Shown in pieces: positions 18,531 through 28,072 of a DNA stretch of 32,000 nt. The translations under genes were made by a program, and so were the position numbers. The notes beneath the pieces were generated by a model. The model did no database searches, was not told where the DNA came from, and was given only the letters and a program-made list of their open reading frames with translations. The DNA comes from Aeropyrum pernix K1. Lineage in GTDB: Archaea; Thermoproteota; Thermoprotei_A; Sulfolobales; Acidilobaceae. Every line of letters begins with the position of its first letter. The first letter of the stretch is position 1. The stretch lies in NCBI RefSeq assembly GCF_000011125.1, contig NC_000854.2, positions 1,590,001 to 1,622,000 on the forward strand, in the 5' to 3' direction.

Positions 18531-18860
18531 TTAGTCTGCTTCGCGGATTAGATAATCTACTCGCACGTTCCCCACCCGTTTATAACTTACAACTCCTAGC
18601 TCGACTAGTTTATTGAGTTTTCTGAAGAGGGGAGTTTTTTGTATTCTTGTGGCGCTGATTAGTTCTCCAGAGGTTTTGGGCTCAGAGCAGAGGGCTTCTA
18701 TAATCTCCCTATCTCCTTCATCTAGCTCTATGGAGGCCTCTACCTCTAGGTCTACCCCCTTGCGGACTCTGTAGGCGGAGACGGCGGCGATTGCTCCCGC
18801 AACTAGGCTGGCTAGTGCTATTGTGTAGAATAGGGTGGTACTCTTGTTAGCGGTCTCCAG
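18531..18860 (-). CDS. Unlisted ORF: 109-aa protein with one N-terminal TM helix and a C-terminal winged-helix domain; apparent CTG start or disrupted 5' end
   Basis: Manual translation gives (CTG)ETANKSTTLFYTIALASLVAGAIAAVSAYRVRKGVDLEVEASIELDEGDREIIEALCSEPKTSGELISATRIQKTPLFRKLNKLVELGVVSYKRVGNVRVDYLIREAD*. An in-frame TAG lies four codons before the CTG. Confidence 0.72.
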   Translation of the reverse strand: METANKSTTLFYTIALASLVAGAIAAVSAYRVRKGVDLEVEASIELDEGDREIIEALCSEPKTSGELISATRIQKTPLFRKLNKLVELGVVSYKRVGNVRVDYLIREAD

Positions 18861-19074
18861 AGCTAAGTAGCCCTAAACTGGATCGTAAGCTACAGCGAGA
18901 ACACAATCCCAATACCCGGGGCGAAGAGTCCAGAGCATGGCAGGGAAAACGCGGGAGCGGCGGGGTGGAGGCTCGGCTATGACGAACGACTGGAGAATGC
19001 TGGACACTATAAGCAGGAGAATAAGGATATCCTATGCCCTAGGCTAGAAGCCCCCCGCCCAGGCTACCCCACAT

Positions 19075-21141
19075 CTATCCCGCCTTCTTCGAAAGCCTCA
19101 TAACCTCCTCCAAAGCTCTATCCTCGTCCCTCAACGGCTCCTTGCACACCCCGCCGTGGCAAATGTAGAAGGCTGGAGAGCCGCCCATGGTGGTCATTGA
19201 GGCGGCGTATTCCACTAGGCCCCTGAGGTCCTCGGGCTTCATGTAGGTGTGGATGACCATGTAGGGGTTGTAGACACTCTCCAGCACCTTAACTCTGAAA
19301 TCCTCCGCTACACCTGGGGCTGCCACCTCCACTGCCAGGGGCGCTAGGTTCAGGGTGGCTAAGGCTAGCGTTGCATGGGCAGCTGGCTCCTGCTCGAGCC
19401 TGCTAGCCAGCCTCTTCAGAGACTTCATAGCCACCTCTCTAGCCTTCATCCAGCCGGTAGCCCTGTGGATTAGGAGGAGAGCGTGTATTGCGGTGGCGTA
19501 GGCTCCCGGGTATGCTGTGTCCTCCGCCTCAGCGGGGACCTCAGGGGTGTGGGGGCCTGGAGGGCTTAGCCTGAAATAGCCTCCGCCGGGGCTCCACAGG
19601 AGGTCTATCATACCCTTCGCGAGGCTTTTGGCTGCCCCGAGGGCCTCTGTGTCGCCGGAAACGGTGTATAGGGATGCTAGGGCGGCGGCGGTGTAGGCAT
19701 AGTCGGGCAGCATGCCCTCCACACACTCCCCGCCGCTGTAGCATACATGGCTTATTCCGTCCCCGTTCATCCTATCTTTTACAAGCGCCTTGAGACTCTT
19801 AGCCACCCCGAGGACCTCAGGGTCTCTAGATACCCAGTAGAGGTGGGCTAGGGCGTGGAGCATCATCCCGTTCCAATCTGTCAGCACCTTATCGTCAACA
19901 CCCGGCTTCTCCCTGCGGCTCCGGATTCTCAATAGGATTCTTCTCGATTCTTCGAGGACCTCCCAAGCCCTATCCGGGCTAAGCCCAAGCATCTCTGCAG
20001 CCCTATCAAGCCTCCCGCCCACGTGGAGAATATTCCTCCCTGTCCTGGCTCCTGTGGCTTCTTCAAAAACGTTACCCTCCCTCGAGAGGTTGAACAGGCC
20101 TATGGCCTCAGGGGGGAGGCCGCCCTCGGCCTCCGCCTCCTCCAGTGTGAAGGTGTAGTATGCACCCTCCCCCTCGCCGGTGTCAGCGTCAACGCTGGAC
20201 GCGAACCCCCTACCGGTCCAGAGCCATGACATGGCGAATTCCAGCGTTGACACCGCGAAGTCCAGGTAGAGCCTGTCTCCCGAGGCAGCATAGGCCTCGG
20301 CGAGGACCTGGATGATCCAGGCTTGATCGTAGAGCATCTTCTCGTAGTGGGGCAGCCTCCAGTCCCTGGTGACGCTGTACCTGTGGAGACCGCCCTCAAC
20401 AAGATCATGGACACCGCTGAAGAGCATGTGGTCTAGAGTACCGGTTAGCATGTTAAGAGCCCTCCGGTCCCCGGCCATGGACGCCCTGGCTAGGAGGAGT
20501 AGGGCGTGGTGCATAGGGAACTTCATGCCTCTCCCGAAGCCCCCGTAGGCGGTGTCGTAAACCTTCTCCAGGCTTGAAACCGCCTTGCCCAGGATTTCTC
20601 CCGGCCGGGGAATCCTCCCCGGGGTAAAGGCTAACCTATGCTGCTCTAGCAAACCGCCAGCCCTCTCCGCCACCTCTAGGACCTCGGCCCTCCTCTCCCT
20701 CCATACTCTTTCGAGAGAAACGGCGAGCGCCACTAGACTCTCCTTGGGGAGGTAGGTGGCGACGTAAAACGGCTTACCATCAGGTGTTAAGAGGACGTTG
20801 AGGGGCCATCCGCAGCTGCCGCTTGCTATGGCGCAGTACCTCATGAGCAGGGTGTCCACGTCAGGCCTCTCCTCACGATCCACCTTAACCATCACGAAAG
20901 CCCTGTTGAGGACCTCAGCCACCATAGGGTCGGAGAAGCTCTCCCTCTGCATCACATGACACCAATGACAGGAGCTATAGCCTACGCTAACGAACACGGG
21001 CTTGTCTAGCCTTCTAGCCTTCTCGAAAGCCTCGGCACCCCAAGGCATCCAGTCGACGGGGTCGCAGGAGTGCTGCCTGAGATACCTGCTCCCAGCTTCC
21101 GCGAGCCTATTGGGCCTACTACACTCCGGGCCTCCGGTCAA
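19075..21141 (-). CDS. Thioredoxin-domain protein of the DUF255 / YyaL-SSP411 family
   Basis: [49 protein letters not shown]-type segment ([18 protein letters not shown]), MLYDQA. Confidence 0.94.
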   Translation of the reverse strand: MTGGPECSRPNRLAEAGSRYLRQHSCDPVDWMPWGAEAFEKARRLDKPVFVSVGYSSCHWCHVMQRESFSDPMVAEVLNRAFVMVKVDREERPDVDTLLMRYCAIASGSCGWPLNVLLTPDGKPFYVATYLPKESLVALAVSLERVWRERRAEVLEVAERAGGLLEQHRLAFTPGRIPRPGEILGKAVSSLEKVYDTAYGGFGRGMKFPMHHALLLLARASMAGDRRALNMLTGTLDHMLFSGVHDLVEGGLHRYSVTRDWRLPHYEKMLYDQAWIIQVLAEAYAASGDRLYLDFAVSTLEFAMSWLWTGRGFASSVDADTGEGEGAYYTFTLEEAEAEGGLPPEAIGLFNLSREGNVFEEATGARTGRNILHVGGRLDRAAEMLGLSPDRAWEVLEESRRILLRIRSRREKPGVDDKVLTDWNGMMLHALAHLYWVSRDPEVLGVAKSLKALVKDRMNGDGISHVCYSGGECVEGMLPDYAYTAAALASLYTVSGDTEALGAAKSLAKGMIDLLWSPGGGYFRLSPPGPHTPEVPAEAEDTAYPGAYATAIHALLLIHRATGWMKAREVAMKSLKRLASRLEQEPAAHATLALATLNLAPLAVEVAAPGVAEDFRVKVLESVYNPYMVIHTYMKPEDLRGLVEYAASMTTMGGSPAFYICHGGVCKEPLRDEDRALEEVMRLSKKAG

Positions 21142-21211
21142 CCGTGACTCCTACCCCCTACTCGCCTACCCTACATAATTAGGCTTTCGGGTTGGACACT
21201 TGAAGGGGAGT

Positions 21212-21784
21212 CTATACCCTCCTACGGAGGTAGTCTAGCGTTAGTATGATAACCACGATGTCGATCACAACTATCCCGTACGCCTCAGCAACAGCGGCGC
21301 TCGGCCACCCCAGCGTGATGCCGATTAGGATGTAGACTGGGAAGGCGGCTAGAGATAGTGCAAGAGCCGCCATATTCGCAAGGTTGCGGCAGGCTCTATA
21401 GGCTCCCAGCGAGAGCGCCACGAGAGCCATGTCCATCTGGAGGAAGAACCATGTAGAGACGAAGACGTGGGGCCTCGTGCCCGCGGGATACACGCCTATC
21501 AATGCTAGGAACAGGCCTGCGGTTAGAAGGAGGCCCGACCCGAAAGCCTCTAGCCTTTCCACAGCAGCCCTGTACGGACAGAGGGAGTAGAGGGTGACCA
21601 AGAGGCCCACCAGAATCAAGCCATAGTTATAGATCCAAGGCATCCTCGCCTTAACTCCTCCGAGATCGCTGAACGCGTGCTCCGTGAACACAAACCAGTC
21701 AGAGTTCACGGCCCAGGAAACCCCGATGACGAGCCAGGCAACAAGAGCCGCTGCAGGCCCTAAGATGCAGAAGGGGCGGTTCAA
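21212..21784 (-). CDS. DUF998-like integral membrane protein
   Basis: Multi-TM pattern with N-terminal GPAAALVAWLVIGVSWAVNSDWFVFTEHAFSDLGG, which fits archaeal DUF998 proteins. Confidence 0.7.
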   Translation of the reverse strand: MNRPFCILGPAAALVAWLVIGVSWAVNSDWFVFTEHAFSDLGGVKARMPWIYNYGLILVGLLVTLYSLCPYRAAVERLEAFGSGLLLTAGLFLALIGVYPAGTRPHVFVSTWFFLQMDMALVALSLGAYRACRNLANMAALALSLAAFPVYILIGITLGWPSAAVAEAYGIVVIDIVVIILTLDYLRRRV

Positions 21785-21859
21785 ACATTATCCACCTTGT
21801 CATCGGAGATATGTTAAAGTGCCTCCCGGGGTTCACATACTTTCCCGTGAGGGTGCTTA

Positions 21860-22831
21860 TTGTTGGAAAGGGTATCGTTTACAAGGCTCAGCGGTGTGTC
21901 GGGCTGGGAGTACCTTGTCTTGGCTCTAGCAGTAGCGAACGTTTCAACAGCGTCGATACTGGTGAGACTTGCTGGTGTCCACGGTTTCGCAGCTGCTACC
22001 TGGAGGCTTGTACTGAGCACGATACTCACGGCCGCCATACTGGTGGCAGCATATGCTGTGAAAAAACACAGGAAGCCGGTGCTGCCTGGGGGGGTTGACC
22101 TATTACTTGTGGCGGCATCAGGCGTAGCCCTCGCCCTCCATTTCGACCTCTGGATGGCGAGCCTCTTCCACATGAGTGTTGCTATGAGCGTCACCGTGGT
22201 CGACAGCTATCCAGCCGTCCTGGCCATCGTCGGCTTCCGGCTTTTCAAGGAAAAATACACTCCTCTCCAGCTCCTCGGAGCCGTTATAGCCATGGTGGGC
22301 GTAGCAGGGATAGCATTCTACTCGAGTCGGGGGGCGAGCGCACCTCCCGGAGGCGACCCTATAAAGGGATTCCTCCTGGCATTCGCGGGAATGCTGGCGG
22401 TAGCTGCATACTTCTCGATAGGAAAGGGACTTAGGAGCAAGTACTCTACCCTGGAATACACTCTCCCCGTGTACGGATTCGCAGCTATCGTAAGTTTACT
22501 CTTAACGACACTAGTAGTCCGCGCTCCTCTCACCGGCTACACGGCTGAAACCTACCTGTACCTCATACTCCTAGCGCTCCTCCCCATGCTCGGCGGCCAC
22601 ACTCTTATAAACCTTCTCCTCAGAAGACTCAGCCTCCTAGCAGCTACAGTGCCAATCCTGGGAGAGCCGGTGGGGGCAGCTGCCCTCGCATGGATATTGT
22701 TAGGGGAGAAGGTGAGCACGCTGGAAGCGCTACTCATGGTAGTAGTCCTTGCAGGCATCGGGCTCGTGCTATACGAGGAAAACAGGGTCAAAAAGGAGAT
22801 AAAACAGGGGCTAGCATCAGAGGGGCCTTAG
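21860..22831 (+). CDS. EamA / drug-metabolite transporter superfamily protein
   Basis: Ten-TM-like pattern; VAAVSTASILVRLAG-type N-terminus (ALAVANVSTASILVRLAGV) and LGEPVGAAALAWILLGEKVSTLEALLMVVVLAGIGLV. TTG start. Confidence 0.85.
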   Translation: MLERVSFTRLSGVSGWEYLVLALAVANVSTASILVRLAGVHGFAAATWRLVLSTILTAAILVAAYAVKKHRKPVLPGGVDLLLVAASGVALALHFDLWMASLFHMSVAMSVTVVDSYPAVLAIVGFRLFKEKYTPLQLLGAVIAMVGVAGIAFYSSRGASAPPGGDPIKGFLLAFAGMLAVAAYFSIGKGLRSKYSTLEYTLPVYGFAAIVSLLLTTLVVRAPLTGYTAETYLYLILLALLPMLGGHTLINLLLRRLSLLAATVPILGEPVGAAALAWILLGEKVSTLEALLMVVVLAGIGLVLYEENRVKKEIKQGLASEGP

Positions 22832-23223
22832 AACCCCTTTATCCAACATCTTCGTATGACAATACGGTCTTACCCAGCATAGGCAAGCAGTTTATAGCAC
22901 GGAGGATTGGCTGACTACGGCTCTATCCACGGTCAGAGGACTAAACTAATTCTACGTTAACCTGCTTCGCGTTGGAATTGATAGAAGTTAGATGCTATGA
23001 ATTCCCGAAGCTATCTCAACAGCTGGTTCTTAGACGAATCTGCTGGACGAGCTATTGAAGGACACATGATCTAACTGGTCACATATGAACAAGCCTCCTA
23101 CTAGCTTAGCGTCCGGTCGATCCAAGGAGTTCCCATGGAGGCTAGAGGCAGTGTTAAGTGTTTGTTGGAGGGCACGTTTCCTCTAACACCCGAAAAGAAA
23201 AAATAGAGTTGTTTAGACAGGGT

Positions 23224-23241
23224 TTTACATGCACATGTAAA
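23224..23241. promoter_or_regulatory. Perfect 8-2-8 inverted repeat TTTACATG-CA-CATGTAAA, 20 bp beyond the nhaC-type gene stop
   Basis: Read directly in the intergenic sequence gttTTACATGCACATGTAAAtcg. Confidence 0.4.
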
Positions 23242-23260
23242 TCGTGATGTACTGCTATAT

Positions 23261-24940
23261 CTATTCTCCTTCCCTCTCAAGAGGTTCTGCATAGTTTGGA
23301 ACTTTAGACGGTAGACCTACGAGCCTTCCATACCATTCACTTATGAAATAGTGTCCAACGGTGAGGACAACTAGACCTACAGGGAGCAGTATTAGAGGCG
23401 ACGTAACACCTATGGCGAAGAGTACATAGAGGACTCCACCCGTTATCGCGGCCCATAGTGCGTAGGGGATCTGCGTGTTGACGTGGTCTATATGGTCAGC
23501 TCCTGTAAACATTGAGGACATGATTGTAGTGTCGCTTATAGGAGACGAGTGATCGCCATAAATACCTCCTGCAAATACTGCAGCTATGGAAGCGTACATA
23601 ACTGTGTAGGCTAGGTCCACATCTCCCGTCTGGATGGCTAGTTTCCACGCCATTGGGACGGCTATGGGCATCATAATACCAAACGTACCCCAGCTAGTTC
23701 CTGTAGTGAATGATATGAACATGGCTGAAAGGAAGATGATTGGAGGCACGAGGAGAGGGCTAACGCCAGCTGCCGTAGCTAAGTGTACAACGTACTCGGC
23801 AGTACCCACGGCATCTGCCGCACTTTTGATACTCCAGGCCAGCAATAGTATCGCGTTGGCATAGACCATCAAGTACATACCTTTAACGGTGTACTCCATT
23901 GCTGTCGAGAAGCTGAGGCTCCGCGTTGCAAGGGCGCCTGCTAGAGCTACGAGATAGGCTGCAAAGCTTCCCCATAGAAGTGCGGTTGCCGAGTCGGCGT
24001 TCATAAGTGCATCTATGAAGGAGGTCTCCCACCATCTATCACCACCTCCGGTGACCCACATGCCCAAGAGGGTAACCCCGATGAGCACTGCTATCGAAAC
24101 CGCGAATAGCCAAGCAGGAGCGTGCGTTTTAGCCGCTGGCTTCTCCCCGAGCACAGTCTCGGTCGGCATTAAAGGCTGGGCTCCATCCCTCAAAACTTTG
24201 CCAGTCGCGACCGCTCTATGTTCAGCTTTGAGCATTGGCCCGAAATGACGCCTCGTTAATACTACTAGGAGGACTAATAGCAATGCGAATATGCTGTAGA
24301 ACCTGTAGGGGACCGACTGTAGCCAAGCAGCATACGCCTCGATAGTTGGAGCTGCCGGGATTAGTCCCGCTAGTGCTTCCTCCTCTAAAGTTGCAATCGC
24401 CTCCTTGATCAATCCAACCTCGAAACCTATCCAGGTGGAGACGAGCATCATCCCTGCTACTGGTGCGGCCGTAGAGTCTACTATATAGCTCAACATTTCC
24501 CTGCTAACCCTCAGCCTATCGGCTATCGGCCTCATAGTGGAACCCACAACTATTGTGTTCGCGTAGTCGTCGAAGAAGACTATAACTCCCATAATCCAGG
24601 AGGCAAGAGTGGCTCCAAGCGCACTCCTAACCCTTCCAGCAATGGCGCTGGCTGCGGAGTGTAAGGCTCCAGAGGCGAAGAGCAGACCCACAAAGGCACC
24701 TATTATAAAGTCGAAGATTAGGATAGTTGCGTTCCAAGAGTCAGTAGCATTCTCAACAATCCACTCCAAACTCTGGGCGGTGGCACTGATAGGATTATAT
24801 CCAGTAAGCATTAAACCTCCAGCCCAAACACCTAGGAAGAGTGCTGGAAGCACTTGACGGGTCACTATAGCTAACGCTATGGCGAGTAAGGGTGGTAGCA
24901 GAGGAAACGTTATATAGCTGAACCTCTTATCCTCGGGCAT
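23261..24940 (-). CDS. NhaC-family Na+/H+ antiporter-like transporter
   Basis: Long polytopic protein with FFDDYANTIVVGSTMRPIADRLRVSREMLSYIVDSTAAPVAG and TGTSWGTFGIMMPIAVPMAW, the family signatures. Confidence 0.9.
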   Translation of the reverse strand: MPEDKRFSYITFPLLPPLLAIALAIVTRQVLPALFLGVWAGGLMLTGYNPISATAQSLEWIVENATDSWNATILIFDFIIGAFVGLLFASGALHSAASAIAGRVRSALGATLASWIMGVIVFFDDYANTIVVGSTMRPIADRLRVSREMLSYIVDSTAAPVAGMMLVSTWIGFEVGLIKEAIATLEEEALAGLIPAAPTIEAYAAWLQSVPYRFYSIFALLLVLLVVLTRRHFGPMLKAEHRAVATGKVLRDGAQPLMPTETVLGEKPAAKTHAPAWLFAVSIAVLIGVTLLGMWVTGGGDRWWETSFIDALMNADSATALLWGSFAAYLVALAGALATRSLSFSTAMEYTVKGMYLMVYANAILLLAWSIKSAADAVGTAEYVVHLATAAGVSPLLVPPIIFLSAMFISFTTGTSWGTFGIMMPIAVPMAWKLAIQTGDVDLAYTVMYASIAAVFAGGIYGDHSSPISDTTIMSSMFTGADHIDHVNTQIPYALWAAITGGVLYVLFAIGVTSPLILLPVGLVVLTVGHYFISEWYGRLVGLPSKVPNYAEPLEREGE

Positions 24941-25412
24941 GAACTCCGCATCCGGGGCGCGAACGTGATCAAAGCTATAATCAACGCTATAACAACAGCA
25001 AGAGCCCTGCCTACCTGCCAGGAAGTTCCCGACAACCGAATCACTACCACCCCATCGCTCAACCGGCTAAAACAGTCTATGTCTAACACATGTATAGGAG
25101 AATTAAAAAGAATGAGGCATGAGCATTCCCGTCGAGACCTAGCGAGCATCCCCTTCTATATCTATTGCGAGCGTGTGTTATGACATGTGTTATGATGCCC
25201 CGCCGAGATCGATACGGAGTAGGATATTAGCAATCTACAGAATGTTTCTCAGCTAAGCTCTGTAAAAGGAAATGCTGGGGCTGCACTCGAATTACGGGAG
25301 CCACATCTTGACTAGAGAGATTAGGCTGCAACGTTTTACACCTTTATTGTAGTACAGGAATAATTTCGGGCTGGACACCGCATAACTATACATAGTAGAC
25401 TTATGGTGTTCC

Positions 25413-25871
25413 ATGTTGGAAAAGGTTGAGGAGTGGATTAAAGCTAGAGGATTGACTTGGAGACTATTGATTATGCAGAAGCCTACTAGAACGGTCGCTG
25501 AAGCTGCTGCCCTCCTCGGCGTGAGCGAATCTGAAATTGTGAAGACTCTCATAGTTCTGGACAATGCGGGGGGAGTGTATGCTGTGGTCATTCCGGGTGA
25601 TAAGCGGTTAAACATCAATAGTATGAAGGAGCTGGCTGGTAAGCCTGTTAGGCTGGCTAGAGCTAATGAGGTTGTGGAGCTAACAGGATACCCTGTAGGT
25701 GGTGTCCCCCCCGTAGCTCTCCCGCCGAATATTGTTCTAGTGGTTGACAGGATTCTTCTTAGCAGGAAGAAAGTGTATGGGGGAGGAGGCAGGGAGAATG
25801 CGTTACTAGAGTTTAGCCCTCGAGAGCTTGTCGAAGCTACGGGTGCTGTTGTAGCAGATGTTTCGGAGTAA
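25413..25871 (+). CDS. YbaK/EbsC-family aminoacyl-tRNA deacylase-like protein
   Basis: RTVAEAAALLGVSESEIVKTLIV, VIPGDKRLNINSMKELAG, VGGVPPVALPP. Confidence 0.9.
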   Translation: MLEKVEEWIKARGLTWRLLIMQKPTRTVAEAAALLGVSESEIVKTLIVLDNAGGVYAVVIPGDKRLNINSMKELAGKPVRLARANEVVELTGYPVGGVPPVALPPNIVLVVDRILLSRKKVYGGGGRENALLEFSPRELVEATGAVVADVSE

Positions 25872-25900
25872 ATAGATAATGCCTGCTAGGGGGCCATCGA

Positions 25901-26233
25901 GTGTTGTCGTGGGTTGACGTGTACAGGAGTCTTTGGAGGCTCGCATCTAAGAGCAGAGGCAGGCTTGGAGACGCTTTCCTCGACGAGGTCGAATCCTATC
26001 TAGCTGAGGCTCTCGAAGTGCTTGCTGATTGGAGGCCCGCGAGATCGGAATGTAGATGGATTCCTAGTCTAGCGCGTGAGCTTAGGATCTTGTCAAGGAT
26101 TCTTTCCTCGGATGTTATGCTAGAGGCGAGGGAGTATGGGCTGGAGTCTAGCAGAGTGGAGAGAATATTAATGTTTTTAAGCAGGTTGGAGGCAGAGGCG
26201 GATAGACTGGCCTCAACATGTGAAAACAGTTAG
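25901..26233 (+). CDS. Conserved-looking hypothetical alpha-helical protein, 110 aa
   Basis: Intergenic-sized ORF with typical composition (LGDAFLDEVESYLAEALEVLADWRPARSE). It follows ybaK by 29 bp and does not overlap other supported genes. Confidence 0.65.
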   Translation: MLSWVDVYRSLWRLASKSRGRLGDAFLDEVESYLAEALEVLADWRPARSECRWIPSLARELRILSRILSSDVMLEAREYGLESSRVERILMFLSRLEAEADRLASTCENS

Positions 26234-26238
26234 TCTAG

Positions 26239-28041
26239 TTATAGTATAACGAGGATTACGATACCTGCTATAACTAGGGCTGTCCTGGCTGCTATGTAGA
26301 TCTTGCTACTCAACCCTGCTACAACGGCTATAGTAGCTGCGAGGACCTTAGCCGCTGGGAGGAGCTGGGAGATCCCAGGCTCGGCTACCAGACCTGGCTC
26401 CAGAAGTACTCCAGCCATTACGGTGAATAGTGGCATGGCGAACTTAATCGACTCGATCATAGTTTCCACGAAACCTGCCCCAGCTATCCTGCTTGTGACG
26501 GCTGCAGTGACGCTCGTGGGAGGGCTGAGCTCGCTCATGACCCCGAGGAGGAATGCATAAAAGTGTACTGCCCACGGGTTGAACCCAGCCTGCAGCATGT
26601 ACGGGCCTATTACAACCACTGTTAGAATATATGTCACGACGGGAGGAAGCCCCAGACCTACTAGGTATCCGAAGACGAAGGCGAGCATGACGAGGAGGAT
26701 CTTGTTGCCAGCCCCCACTTCTAGTAGGAGGAAGCCCACCCTAGTTGGTATACCAGTTATGGTCATCAGTCCCGTCATGACGCCGAGCGCTGCCAGGAGT
26801 ATGGTTATGTCGGCCACGAACCCGGAGAATATTTTGAGCGTTTCCGCTAGCCTGGCTAGAATCCTTCCGGCCACCTCGTGTAGACTCTTTCCTCTCGAGG
26901 CTTCTGCAGCTGCTAGTAGGGCCAGGAGAAGTATGGAAGACTGGAGGGCTGCGTAGGCAGGGTACTCCCTCCTGGCACCCATTAGTATTATCAGCAGTAG
27001 TATTGAGGCCATTAGGCTAGTCGCCTTGTAGACCTCCAGCCTTCCATAACCGATATTCAAGGCGGCTGTGCCGGATAGGAAGGCTTTGGAGGCCAGGTAG
27101 ACGGCGGCGGCAAGGCCTATATAATATATCAGCGCGGGGGCCCAGCCCCTTGCTACTACATCGAAGTAGGAGACTCCAAGGTAGTCAGCCATCACGAAGG
27201 CGCTTATACCCATGATAGGGGGCATCAGCTGGCCGCCTATACTCGAGGCAGTCTCTATCGCAGCAGCCTTTACAGGCGGCATACCAGCCTTCTTCATCAG
27301 CGGAATCGTTATGCTTCCCGTGGATGCCGCGTTGGCAGCACCACTACCGCTGACCATTGCTATTACCATGCTACCCACTACCGCAGCCTGGGGTAGAAGC
27401 CTTGGCCTGGAGCCTAGCGCGCCGATGACGAGGCGTATAACACTGTCGACAGCGCCGAAGGCCTGGGCTATGCTTATGAAGAGCATGAACGCCCCTATCA
27501 ATGTTAGGGCAAGCTGGGGCAGTTTCTCGAATACTCCTGTCTCGAATTCGACGCTCATAGCTGTTATGATCCTCTCCAGCCTTATCCCTGGATGATCGAA
27601 TGGGTACGGCGCCCAGCTACCGTTTAAAGTGTAAATGAAGAGGAGCACGTTGAGTATGAAGATGGCTCTATATTTGAGGAGCGCGGCGAACATCACTAGG
27701 GCGAAGGCCGTCCCGCCCACTATAATATCAAGGGTATTGTAGGATCCCATGCGAACAGTATTCAGTTCCCTGAACTCGGAGACTATATAGCCTGATACGG
27801 TGAGGGCTGCTATCAGGCTCAGCACAACTAGCACGGCGTTGGCTGCTCGGGGGAGCTTTGATATTGGCCCGCCCCTAATGTAGAGCGCTAGGAGGGCTAG
27901 GAACACTGTGTAGGGGACCATGACAGTAGCTAGGAGTATTGGGCCTCCTAGCCCGGTGTAGTAATAGTAGAGGAGGGCTACTGTGAAAAAAAGGGAGGCT
28001 ATGATGTAAATGTTCTCGGCGCTAGGCTTCGGCCTCTTCAA
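26239..28041 (-). CDS. TRAP transporter fused permease (4TM/12TM), TAXI type
   Basis: AAAVGSMVIAMVSGSGAANAASTGSITIPLMKKAG, GGQLMPPIMGISAFVMADYLGVSY and GLGLPPVVTYI are family signatures. Confidence 0.94.
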   Translation of the reverse strand: MKRPKPSAENIYIIASLFFTVALLYYYYTGLGGPILLATVMVPYTVFLALLALYIRGGPISKLPRAANAVLVVLSLIAALTVSGYIVSEFRELNTVRMGSYNTLDIIVGGTAFALVMFAALLKYRAIFILNVLLFIYTLNGSWAPYPFDHPGIRLERIITAMSVEFETGVFEKLPQLALTLIGAFMLFISIAQAFGAVDSVIRLVIGALGSRPRLLPQAAVVGSMVIAMVSGSGAANAASTGSITIPLMKKAGMPPVKAAAIETASSIGGQLMPPIMGISAFVMADYLGVSYFDVVARGWAPALIYYIGLAAAVYLASKAFLSGTAALNIGYGRLEVYKATSLMASILLLIILMGARREYPAYAALQSSILLLALLAAAEASRGKSLHEVAGRILARLAETLKIFSGFVADITILLAALGVMTGLMTITGIPTRVGFLLLEVGAGNKILLVMLAFVFGYLVGLGLPPVVTYILTVVVIGPYMLQAGFNPWAVHFYAFLLGVMSELSPPTSVTAAVTSRIAGAGFVETMIESIKFAMPLFTVMAGVLLEPGLVAEPGISQLLPAAKVLAATIAVVAGLSSKIYIAARTALVIAGIVILVIL

Positions 28042-28072
28042 AGCTGGCTATACACCCTGCTCGACGGCCAGG

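Noticed and set aside
18937-19047. Short plus-strand ORF MAGKTRERRGGGSAMTNDWRMLDTISRRIRISYALG*
   Set aside because: Only 36 aa, no recognised features, and in an intergenic zone upstream of the unlisted wHTH gene. Insufficient support.
22832-23260. 430-bp gap searched for a tRNA, C/D-box RNA or hidden ORF
   Set aside because: No cloverleaf-like arms, no paired C/D boxes and no coherent protein frame seen by eye. A tRNAscan-SE/Infernal run would be needed to exclude it fully.
26303-27595. Plus-strand ORFs within the TRAP permease gene
   Set aside because: Antisense to an unambiguous permease. Their hydrophobic runs mirror the real membrane protein.
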